Assembly: GCA_048367555.1 (NCBI GenBank)
Contig: DBGCAP010000001.1
Coordinates: forward strand, 2,578 to 66,577
DNA length: 64,000 nt
Reading direction: 5' to 3'
Source of the DNA: Collinsella sp.
Lineage (GTDB): Bacteria > Actinomycetota > Coriobacteriia > Coriobacteriales > Coriobacteriaceae
The position numbers and the translations under genes are program-made. A model generated the notes under the pieces. It was not told the origin of the DNA and made no database searches. It saw only the letters and a program-made list of their open reading frames with translations. Below are positions 26,389-34,431 of this stretch, piece after piece (the first letter of the stretch is position 1; each line of letters begins with the position of its first letter).

Positions 26389-27351
26389 TCATCCGCGGAT
26401 AGATTTTTGGGACATGCCTAGAAATCTACTTTTAGGCAGGCAGTCTTTTGAGCGCTGGCGAAGGGTAGATTTGGGAGACGTGAGGCTAGAGCAACTTTGG
26501 AACATGTAGTTCGCGTGCGTGACCTTCGAGGTGTCCCAGCCCGTCAGATCAAGCGAGGTGAGATCGAAGCAACCATTGAACATCCTCAGCATGTTCGTTG
26601 TCCTCGAGGTGTCCAGGTTGGCGAAATCGACCGTGGTGAGACCCCAGCAGCCGTTGAGCCAGGACTCCGTTGTCTTTGGGCGGATTCCCTCATCGACTGC
26701 TGTGACGCTCTTGAGGCTGCGGGCGCCAGCAAAGAGCTTCTTCATGTCCTCGATGCCCGTGGTGACCCTGGTGACCGTGCGGCCGTCGAAGGTATCGCCA
26801 ACGGAGAGGGCCTTGAACCTCTTGTAGAGGCCCGCAGTGTTATCCGAATACCACACGGCGAAGGCCTGCTTCTGCCCGAAGGAGAAGTCGACCGTGCCGA
26901 GCGCGAACGCGCCTCTGGTCGCAGCCTTGAGCGCGTTTGCGTTGTTCTTGGCGCCGAGCTTGCCAACGGACCAGTCCACGGAGGCTGTCTTTCCCGGGGC
27001 GAGGGTTTCGTCGGTCTTGGACAGGGTTGTGGAGCCGTTCTTGTAGGAGAGCCACGCGGACTTGTTGCCGCCCGCCACCGAGGAGCTGGCGGATAGGCTG
27101 ATCGCCTCGTCGTTATTCTGGGACACGGAGACGTCGCCCAGGGAGGCCTCCTTCGAGCCCACGTTCCCAATCTTCCATTCGCTCGGAGTGATGACCGTGC
27201 CGTTGTGCTTTACGAAGCAGGGGACGGTCATAGGCACGGAGACGTTGATCTGAGCTTCGTTCGCGAATGCGAAGGAGGGCGCGGCGGTGAGCGCCACCGC
27301 GAGTGAAAGGGCGCCAAGGAGGGCGCCGAGGAGTCTACCTCTTGTCCCCAT
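26389..27351 (-). CDS. Secreted BspA-type leucine-rich-repeat (DUF285-like) surface protein, apparently C-terminally truncated
   Basis: Signal peptide (LSLAVALTAAPSFAFA), then repeats of the DUF285 type (LNGCWGLTTVDFANLDTSRTTNMLRMFNGCFDLTSLDLTGWDTSKVTHANYMFQSCSSLTS). The last ~27 aa are off-pattern and run into the palindromic repeat at 26398-26436. There is no anchor domain. RBS GGGAGGA. Confidence 0.65.
   Translation of the reverse strand: MGTRGRLLGALLGALSLAVALTAAPSFAFANEAQINVSVPMTVPCFVKHNGTVITPSEWKIGNVGSKEASLGDVSVSQNNDEAISLSASSSVAGGNKSAWLSYKNGSTTLSKTDETLAPGKTASVDWSVGKLGAKNNANALKAATRGAFALGTVDFSFGQKQAFAVWYSDNTAGLYKRFKALSVGDTFDGRTVTRVTTGIEDMKKLFAGARSLKSVTAVDEGIRPKTTESWLNGCWGLTTVDFANLDTSRTTNMLRMFNGCFDLTSLDLTGWDTSKVTHANYMFQSCSSLTSPKSTLRQRSKDCLPKSRFLGMSQKSIRG
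26398..26436. repeat. Short palindromic element resembling joined MITE ends
   Basis: ATAGATTTTTGGGAC-atg-CCTAGAAATCTACTTTTAGG. The arms TAGATTTTTGGG and CCTAGAAATCTA match 10/12. Compare the MITE ends GTAGACTTTTTGG and CCAAAAAGTCTAC. Confidence 0.4.
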
Positions 27352-27848
27352 CGGTATCCTCCCTCTTCGTGCGTGAAGTTATGTCCAGTCCCACCGCGCA
27401 CGCGGCAGCATCGGCCATCAGGAACAGGACCCACACGGATGGGTCGCCTGTCTGTAATACGGCAAATAACTCAAGTGTTATTCCACTGTTTTCAAGGGAA
27501 GTACACCCATTACTGTATCCATTAACAAACGGTTATTCGCAGATGTCCGATGTCAAATGCACTGAACGGGAAAGATTGGGCTTGGCCGCATCGGCTCCAT
27601 TTCTGGGCCATGCGTCCATCGCTGACAGCGGATAATGGGCCGTTGGGCGATACGAACAGGACGCTTGTTCCCGGTACCATCTATCATGATACATATAATC
27701 GCAAAGCTATCGAAAACGGCGCCACCGCGACTGCCGTCGGACACATGCCGCAGCGACCTCGACATCAACCGTCGGTACTTATGGCTGCACCAAGGCGCGC
27801 CAAACGCCGGTTTCAATCCTTTGCGAGCCCCGGGACGAGAGGAACATC

Positions 27849-29582
27849 ATGAGCAAGATACGGAAACTGATAGGTCTTGCCTCAGCGCTCGCCTTTGTCA
27901 TGGCGATGCTGCCGGCGTTGGCATTTGCCGAGACAACGCAGTACAACCTGTTTGTCAACGGCGAACAATTTGCCAGCGACAACCTCACTATCGCATGCGG
28001 CGAGGGAACGGCGACGTACGACCCCGACGCGCAAACCCTTACGCTAAACAACGCGTCTATCACAAACGTACTCGGCTATGGCGGTATCAATTCGGAACTG
28101 ACGGGCGATTTGGATATCGTGCTTCAGGGTGAGAACCGTATTACCTTCGATGACAATATGGGCATTATGGCTACGGGGAATATCGAGTTCTCGGGGTCTG
28201 GCAGCCTTACTATCAATGTTGCGGGGGAGACGAGGGACGGCATAAGTGCTGCCGGCAGTGTTTCGGTACGTGGAACGACCCTTATCATTAATGCCCCGGG
28301 CGGCATTGGCATTGCCAGCGACGGTTCGGTTATTGTCGATAACGCGAAGCTCACGTCGCATGCGCTATATGCGGGCGTCGACGCTGTCAATCTCACTATC
28401 AAAAACAGCAGCGTGGTTGACATTTCGGCGACGGAAAACAACTGCAACGCCGCGTACATTAGCTCCCGCGGCGGCCCTACGGGCGGTAACCTGAGCATCT
28501 CGAATTCTAACGTCGTGGCGAAAAGCCTCTTCCCCGGTCTGTTCGCCGAAGGAAACCTGACGATTGACGGCGGCTCTGCCCAATCGACCTCTACCGCCGA
28601 TGCCGCTCTGTGGACAAGCGGCGATCTGACCATCAAGGGCGGCGCAAAGGTCACGCTTGCCGGCGTATATCCGGCTGGCTGTGCTGGCGATTTTACAGTC
28701 TGCGCGGCTGAGGTCGATGCCAAGAACACAAGCGTGGATAATATCCCCGCGCTCTCGGATAACCCCGTCATTTACGGTGATTTCGACCTGACGCATGCCG
28801 TCGCTGTCGATAGCGAAGGCACGGCCATCGATCTCATCGAGCACGATGGCGTCGAGCAGGCCAAGGGCTTCCTGCGCCTCTATAAGAATATCCATTTCAT
28901 CACGGGCGAGAAATCCGTCACCTATAGCTTCCCCTTCACGAAGGTCGTTAAGAATGGCGGCGACATCGCTCCGGGCAAGCAGGAATTTGAGCTTGAGATT
29001 TTCAACGTCGGCGTCGGCCAGATTGAGGATTACACCGACGTGACCGTGACGGCGACCGTCGCCACCAACGGAGCGGGGGAATACGAGGGGCTCCTCACCA
29101 TTAAGGGTCCCAAGAGCCAGGTTCGCGACATCACCTGTGAGGGCTTCTGTGTGCGCGAGAAGAATACAGGTGTGGCAAACTGGACGTATTCCGATGCTGT
29201 CTACCAGATTTTCTGCCATGAGTACACGATTACGGATGGCGCCCGGTCGGCCACCCAGTCGAGTTACGAAATCTTCCCCGTCAAGCTGGTGGAAACCGAT
29301 AACGGCGCATTCTACGAGAAGACTCAGGACACGCCCGTGACGAGCATGACGTTCGAGAACGTCTATACGGAAAATACGGCACCCGCCGAGGGCGATAAAC
29401 CTGATCCTAACAAAAAGCCTGCTGACACCACGAAGCCTGCCGGAAAGAAAAAGACCACTGCGGGCAAGATTCCCAGCACGGGCGACAGCAACACTTCGAC
29501 TATGGAGTGTGCCGTGCTGCTGACAATCGCAGGCGCGCTGGTTGTTGGGCTTTCGATGAAGAGGCTGCGCTGCGGACGCTAG
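27849..29582 (+). CDS. LPXTG-type cell-wall-anchored adhesin (beta-helix-like repeat region plus a pilin-like isopeptide-type domain)
   Basis: Signal peptide (ASALAFVMAMLPALAFA). C-terminal sorting signal IPSTG plus a hydrophobic stretch plus KRLRCGR. A Pro/Lys-rich wall-spanning linker. RBS GAGAGGAA. Confidence 0.85.
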   Translation: MSKIRKLIGLASALAFVMAMLPALAFAETTQYNLFVNGEQFASDNLTIACGEGTATYDPDAQTLTLNNASITNVLGYGGINSELTGDLDIVLQGENRITFDDNMGIMATGNIEFSGSGSLTINVAGETRDGISAAGSVSVRGTTLIINAPGGIGIASDGSVIVDNAKLTSHALYAGVDAVNLTIKNSSVVDISATENNCNAAYISSRGGPTGGNLSISNSNVVAKSLFPGLFAEGNLTIDGGSAQSTSTADAALWTSGDLTIKGGAKVTLAGVYPAGCAGDFTVCAAEVDAKNTSVDNIPALSDNPVIYGDFDLTHAVAVDSEGTAIDLIEHDGVEQAKGFLRLYKNIHFITGEKSVTYSFPFTKVVKNGGDIAPGKQEFELEIFNVGVGQIEDYTDVTVTATVATNGAGEYEGLLTIKGPKSQVRDITCEGFCVREKNTGVANWTYSDAVYQIFCHEYTITDGARSATQSSYEIFPVKLVETDNGAFYEKTQDTPVTSMTFENVYTENTAPAEGDKPDPNKKPADTTKPAGKKKTTAGKIPSTGDSNTSTMECAVLLTIAGALVVGLSMKRLRCGR

Positions 29583-29638
29583 GGAAGGGCCTTTTAAAGG
29601 CTAGCCGCCCACTCTGTGCATGATTGCCTAGGGGCAAA

Positions 29639-29675
29639 GAGGCCCGCTCAACGTGTCTGACGTTGAGCGGGCCTC
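29639..29675 (+). terminator. Strong hairpin downstream of the adhesin gene
   Basis: GAGGCCCGCTCAACG-tgtctga-CGTTGAGCGGGCCTC is a perfect 15-bp stem. There is no clear U-tract. Confidence 0.5.
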
Positions 29676-29820
29676 AACGGTTAATAATGCCCGTGGTATT
29701 TGGTGCGCATTGCGCGCAGACCCCCTCGCTTCTCGCACCGCTTTCCCTCCCGGGATGGTAAAGTTGTTGACCACACAGGAATGCAGGAGCGGAAAGAGAA
29801 CGATTGCATTGGCTTAAAAG

Positions 29821-30040
29821 GTGACATTCAAGCAGATTGCCAACGAGGTGGGTCTTTCGCCCTCTTCTGTTTCCGTTGTGCTTAATGACCGGTCCTGCCG
29901 CATCTCGAAAGCAAACCGTCGCTGCATTAAAGAAGTTGCGGCGCGAGCATTACGTGCCTAACCAGATTGCCTGCAGCTCGGTGATGCGCGAGTCAAAGAC
30001 GCTCGGTCTTATTGTCCCCAACATCGAGAACCTTTTAAGG
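29821..30040 (+). pseudogene. LacI-family regulator remnant (HTH domain only, frameshifted and truncated)
   Basis: Frame 1 from 29821 reads VTFKQIANEVGLSPSSVSVVLNDRSCRISKANRRCIKEVAA, then hits a stop at 29959. The homology continues in frame 2 (REHYVPNQIACSSVMRESKTLGLIVPNIEN) and ends at the TIR-like motif at 30034. No sugar-binding core is present. Confidence 0.65.
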
Positions 30041-30053
30041 CGTGTCCCAAAAA
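30034..30053. repeat. Solo MITE-end-like motif GTCCCAAAAATCTACTGAGG
   Basis: It resembles the right MITE end TTCCAAAAAGTCTACTCACTT. It lies exactly where the LacI remnant stops, 13 nt from the DUF554 gene stop. Confidence 0.35.
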
Positions 30054-30065
30054 TCTACTGAGGGG

Positions 30066-30794
30066 CTAGAACAGGAGGGCGTAGATGATGGCTATGACAA
30101 CGGAGGGGAGCATATTGGCCGTGCGGAAGGTCTGAGGGCGGATGAGATTTACGCCGACGCAGAAGATGAGCATAGAGCCCACGAGCGACAGGCTGTCGAG
30201 GGCGGCGGCGGTCATGATGGGAGAGAGTGCGCCGGCAAACAGCGTGATCGTTCCCTGGAACACGGCGACGGGCAGGGCCGAGAAGATACAACCGCGGCCA
30301 AGTGAGGCCGTCATGGTGCAGACGATGATGCAATCCAGCGCGCCCTTGAGAGCGAGCGTGGACCAGTCACCGAGCAGACCGTCTTGGATTGATCCCACGA
30401 TAGCCATGGCGCCGATGCAGACGGTCAGCGATGCCGAGACAAAGGCATTGGTGAACTCGTTGTCCCCCTCGCTGCCGGTTTTGCGTTTGAGCCATTCGCC
30501 CAGGTTTTCGATGCCGGCTTCCAAGTTTATGGCCTCGCCGATGAGCGAGCCAAGGGCAAACGATACGATGAGCATGGTGGTGCCGGTGGTGGCCAACGTT
30601 TTCCCGTCAATGACGAGCATCTTTTGCATGGTGCCGCCCAGGCCGATAAACAGAACGCACAGCCCCGATGCCTTCATGAGCGTATCTTGGATGCGGGGCG
30701 TGATAAAGCGTCCGCCTATCAGACCCAGCAAGCCGCCCGCAACCAAAAGTGCGACGTTGATGATCGTTCCCAAACCCGGCATGAACCCTCCCAT
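30066..30794 (-). CDS. DUF554-family integral membrane protein
   Basis: MPGLGTIINVALLVAGGLLGL... is the characteristic DUF554 N-terminus, and the protein is multi-TM throughout. The start is at 30794 or 30782. Confidence 0.8.
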   Translation of the reverse strand: MGGFMPGLGTIINVALLVAGGLLGLIGGRFITPRIQDTLMKASGLCVLFIGLGGTMQKMLVIDGKTLATTGTTMLIVSFALGSLIGEAINLEAGIENLGEWLKRKTGSEGDNEFTNAFVSASLTVCIGAMAIVGSIQDGLLGDWSTLALKGALDCIIVCTMTASLGRGCIFSALPVAVFQGTITLFAGALSPIMTAAALDSLSLVGSMLIFCVGVNLIRPQTFRTANMLPSVVIAIIYALLF

Positions 30795-30900
30795 ATTGAT
30801 GCCAACCTGGCAATCGTAGCAGAACGGGCTGCAGGGTGCGTCATGACTCATCCTATACGTTATATAAGTGGTATTAATGACGGCATTTGGTGCCTAAGCC

Positions 30901-32313
30901 TCAGCCTCCCATCACGACATAGGGGCTGTAATCGAAGCACAGCGTCATGAGTCGCTGCGGGGACTCAATGGCCGCAGCGATGATATCGGCATCTCGAGCT
31001 CGGTCAAATCCCTCGAGCTCAATTTGATACGAGACGTCTTCCATTTTATGGAGTATCCGGTTATTCAGGAGGCTTTTACCGTCGAATTCCTCGGTTTTGT
31101 CTCCGTCCGAGGTTACGGCATACAGGTGCAGTTTTGCGGTGGTCGCAGGGTCGACGACCGTGAGGTTGTCGATTTGGTTGGCCGTGCCCTTTGCCCCAAG
31201 TAGGGTGAGCAGGGTAGGGGCTACGACCTCGCCCGATGGTAGAAAAACAACTTCGACGGTTTTAGGGAATGCGATAATGGCTGCTTTGCGGACGGGCTTA
31301 TCGGCGGCGGCGACCTCAATGCTCGCGGCGTCGACGGTTCCCGCGCGGTCGAGCGCGACCATCATGCAACAATTGCCCTCGTCGATGTCTGCCGGCATGG
31401 GATACCCCAAGTTTTCGCCAGCTTGTGTGCCGCCCACTGCGGCGGTTGTTTCGCTTGGCTCGCTGAAAGTGGCTGAAGGACCGCTCGATGGCGGTGTTAT
31501 GTCGCCTGGTGCGCCATTGTCCCCAGGCGTTATTTCACCGCGGTTCTCGCTGGAGTTGCTTGCGATGTCAGCTGTCGAGGGGGCGAGTCCGACCGCTCCC
31601 GCTCCGCTCCATTCCATCTCGAGGAGCGCCGGATCGACAAGGACGTGATGCACATCTTGCGTTTGGGTACTGATATCGACAGGACCGGGATCTGTCCCTC
31701 GCGTTAGGCTGAGCGATCCGGTCCGCTGTTTGCCCCGAATCTCCTGGCTTTCTGTGCCGCTCGCGTAGAACATCAGAGGAATCTCGCCATTTGCTGTGGC
31801 GTCGGTGCCCGCCTTGGTCATTTTCAGCGATGCGGTGAATGAGATAGCGGGCTGCGTGCCATCGGCGCTCGAGGGGACGCAGCCCAGGCATACACCTCCT
31901 CCGTCTTCGAAAAACGTGCTGTCGAAGGCGACTGTTGCCCCGTCCGCCGAGTCATCGGACAGGGTGATGTCGAGGCACAGCTCCACGTCGCAGGAATCGC
32001 CATCGGCATCAGTTGCAGCTGCGCGCCATGTGCAGATAACGCATCCCGTTAGGGGGCCGTCCGCTGTGCTCGAGCGCTCGGTATCCACGACTATCGAGCT
32101 GTTTGCGCGGCGACGGAGGCACCCCGAGGTCGAAATGCTTGCCCGCGCAAGCGAGAAGCGTTGGCGCGCGATGGCGCTCGTCTGGTTTGTGGCGAGACAG
32201 TTGACGGCAGGTAAGGGGACGTCCACGGCGGGTGTCGCTAGAGCGGCGACGGGCATGCCGGTGGCAAGCGCACTGCAGAGCGCGGCAACGGGCAAAAGGT
32301 TCTTTGATGCCAT
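30901..32313 (-). CDS. Secreted hypothetical protein (470 aa, Cys-rich N-terminal third); last gene of the five-gene surface operon
   Basis: Signal peptide MASKNLLPVAALCSALATGMPVAALA and RBS AAGGAGAA. I recognise no domain. Confidence 0.6.
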   Translation of the reverse strand: MASKNLLPVAALCSALATGMPVAALATPAVDVPLPAVNCLATNQTSAIARQRFSLARASISTSGCLRRRANSSIVVDTERSSTADGPLTGCVICTWRAAATDADGDSCDVELCLDITLSDDSADGATVAFDSTFFEDGGGVCLGCVPSSADGTQPAISFTASLKMTKAGTDATANGEIPLMFYASGTESQEIRGKQRTGSLSLTRGTDPGPVDISTQTQDVHHVLVDPALLEMEWSGAGAVGLAPSTADIASNSSENRGEITPGDNGAPGDITPPSSGPSATFSEPSETTAAVGGTQAGENLGYPMPADIDEGNCCMMVALDRAGTVDAASIEVAAADKPVRKAAIIAFPKTVEVVFLPSGEVVAPTLLTLLGAKGTANQIDNLTVVDPATTAKLHLYAVTSDGDKTEEFDGKSLLNNRILHKMEDVSYQIELEGFDRARDADIIAAAIESPQRLMTLCFDYSPYVVMGG

Positions 32314-32354
32314 GGGTTCTCCTTACCTGTTCTGGACGGTCTCGATTATCGCGG

Positions 32355-32612
32355 CTACTGGCTGCGTTTGATGCGCAGGCCAAGGCGGATGGCGCTTGCG
32401 CCTGCCGCGGCGATTCCTGCTGCCAGGAGCTGTCGCGTGTCGCCCGTTTGCGCGAGGGGCTCATGTTGGCCACTGCGTTCGAGCTCCGATAGATCGACAG
32501 TCACTTGCGTGGCAGCCTGCGCTTGCTCTTGTTGGGCAAAGGCGGCGATCGGGGCAAACGTTACAACGCCGATGATGACGGCAAGGACAATCGCCTTAGG
32601 CCGTGTGCGCAC
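32355..32612 (-). CDS. 85-aa pre-protein with a signal peptide and an LPXTG-like sorting signal (LAQTG plus hydrophobic segment plus RIKRSQ)
   Basis: GTG start. AFA|QQ signal-peptidase-like site. LAQTGD followed by LLAAGIAAAGASAIRLGL and a basic tail. It overlaps the upstream gene's end by 17 nt. Confidence 0.55.
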   Translation of the reverse strand: MRTRPKAIVLAVIIGVVTFAPIAAFAQQEQAQAATQVTVDLSELERSGQHEPLAQTGDTRQLLAAGIAAAGASAIRLGLRIKRSQ

Positions 32613-33195
32613 CGGGCTCGACCGTCCACGTAATGCTTGCGACCTGGTCGCCCTCGCCAGTCACATGGAAGATGTCTCGCGTGACGCGGGCGACATTGCC
32701 GCTCGTCTTGAGCTTAATCCTGTCCGTACCATCGGCGATGCCCTGGTAGCCCATGTCGAAGAATGCATTTTTGGAAAGGTCGACGCCCGCTTCCTGCGTC
32801 GCGGCATGAGCGTCTTGGAGTGCCTTGTCCGGGCCGACCTTAAAATCGATGGAGTTCTGGGCGGTTCCCGTCTTGGCGTCGGCGACGATGCTCCAGGAGT
32901 TCTTGGCGCCGATCTTCATGTTGGTAACGTGGATGCCATAGGCCGAAAGATTGTCGATGGTGGTTGTGTTCTCGGAAGGGCCCTGAAGCGTGCCATCGGC
33001 CTGGGCGACAAATGGGATGACAGTCGGAGCCTTAAACTTGATGTTGTCGATTTCGGTCCTGATGGTCACGTCGGTGGTTCCAACGCGTCCCTCCGCCAGG
33101 GCGGTGGTCGGCGCGGCTCCCATTGCGAGCGCGAGCGCCAGCCCTGCCCCCACGACGAGCGCCCTGGTCCCGCTCAAGTTCCTGGTGATGTCCAT
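32596..33195 (-). CDS. Secreted hypothetical protein (199 aa) sharing an N-terminal domain with the LRR protein at 26389-27351
   Basis: Signal peptide ...AAPTTALAEG and RBS AAAGGAA. APTVIPFVAQADGTLQGPSE resembles VPMTVPCFVKHNGTVITPSE in the LRR protein. The C-terminal ASITWTVEPG resembles its ASVDWSVGKL. Confidence 0.65.
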   Translation of the reverse strand: MDITRNLSGTRALVVGAGLALALAMGAAPTTALAEGRVGTTDVTIRTEIDNIKFKAPTVIPFVAQADGTLQGPSENTTTIDNLSAYGIHVTNMKIGAKNSWSIVADAKTGTAQNSIDFKVGPDKALQDAHAATQEAGVDLSKNAFFDMGYQGIADGTDRIKLKTSGNVARVTRDIFHVTGEGDQVASITWTVEPGAHTA

Positions 33196-33283
33196 AATCG
33201 TTCCTTTCTATTCGTCACGGACCGTTTCCGTGATGGTTGGACGAAAGCGGCGTGGGTGCGCGTTTTCGCAACAGGCGGCAGAT

Positions 33284-33793
33284 CTAGCCTTCGGCCTGCG
33301 CAACCCGCACCTTGACGCGCGTGGGATTGCCATGGGCGTCGTAGGTCTTGGCGTCGAGCGCCTGGATCTCGATATACGCTTCGCCTTCTTTGATGTCGCC
33401 TGCGGGGCAGGTCTCGATGGTCTTGCCAGTCTCGACCACGCCCGATTCATAGATGGTTTCGTCGTTTTGGATCACGCGGAAACGCTGGGGAAACTTGTTG
33501 TCCTGGACGTTTTGTACGTTGACGCGCAGCTTGCCGCCTTTTTGCAGCTGGGCGACCGGTGCGACCGAGATCGTCATCATGTTGTCACGGACGATGGCAT
33601 CGAGCTCGTCCTGGATTTCTTGGCGCGACTTACCCTCTGCCGTTGTGACCGAGGTGCCCGTCTCGGCGACAGGCTTTGACTGCCAGGCGTAAAGGCCGAC
33701 GGCGATAAGGGCGCAGGCGATAGCCAAGCAGACAACGCCGAGCCTTTTTCGATGTTTTGACCCCAGGGGGCTCGACTGCTTTCTTACGCTCAT
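33284..33793 (-). CDS. N-terminally membrane-anchored hypothetical protein (169 aa), predicted extracytoplasmic beta-rich domain
   Basis: Single TM helix (LGVVCLAIACALIAVGLYAW). There is a 4-nt ATGA overlap with the upstream ORF. RBS AAGGATG. Confidence 0.65.
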   Translation of the reverse strand: MSVRKQSSPLGSKHRKRLGVVCLAIACALIAVGLYAWQSKPVAETGTSVTTAEGKSRQEIQDELDAIVRDNMMTISVAPVAQLQKGGKLRVNVQNVQDNKFPQRFRVIQNDETIYESGVVETGKTIETCPAGDIKEGEAYIEIQALDAKTYDAHGNPTRVKVRVAQAEG

Positions 33794-34086
33794 GCGGCAT
33801 CCTTAGTGGTATAGACGCGCGCGAACGTGGACGGATCGGCGCCAAAGAGCATGTGGAGCATGAGGCGTCGTGAGTAGATGAGCTCGTCGAAGTTTGGGTC
33901 GAGTTTGATGTCGTGGATGTGGGCGATGTGGTGAGCGAGCGCCGAAAACGATTCGGGATCGCAGATCACGTCGGTGGTGACGTGATAGACAGCCGCATCG
34001 GGAAATGCCTTTTCGTCGAACGGCAGAAGATACGGGTCATCGTCGACTTCGATGGCGACGCCGTACTGGGGCCAGTAATATGCCAT
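33790..34086 (-). CDS. Small cytoplasmic hypothetical protein (98 aa) with faint DUF559/PD-(D/E)xK-like core; first gene of the operon
   Basis: RBS GGGAGG. YWPQYGVAIEVDDDP resembles the (V)AIE(V/C)(D/Q)(D/G) strand of DUF559 proteins, including the ORF at 2076-3209. The similarity is weak. Confidence 0.5.
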   Translation of the reverse strand: MAYYWPQYGVAIEVDDDPYLLPFDEKAFPDAAVYHVTTDVICDPESFSALAHHIAHIHDIKLDPNFDELIYSRRLMLHMLFGADPSTFARVYTTKDAA

Positions 34087-34431
34087 GGGGACCTCCCTGC
34101 TTTTGGGCCAAACCTTCTATTGGTTTTGGCTGTCGATGCCGACCGTATCAGGCACAACTTGACCGATTTCTGACCAAATGCTTGACGGATTTGCATCGCC
34201 GCAGGTGAGAGGCGGTAAAAAATATCTCAAGTTTTTTCGAGCACCAATTGCATGCATGGCAGCGATGGGAAGGGGCACGTCAAATAGAGCGTCTGCCGAG
34301 AAATCGCCGCCGCTTGCCGAATTGCACAAACGTAAAATTCGCCAATTATGGAGACGGTCTCAGTCACGTCGACGAAACGATGCGGTAACATCTCCCTGCA
34401 AATACTGTAGTTAACTAAAGGGTGAGTTCGC

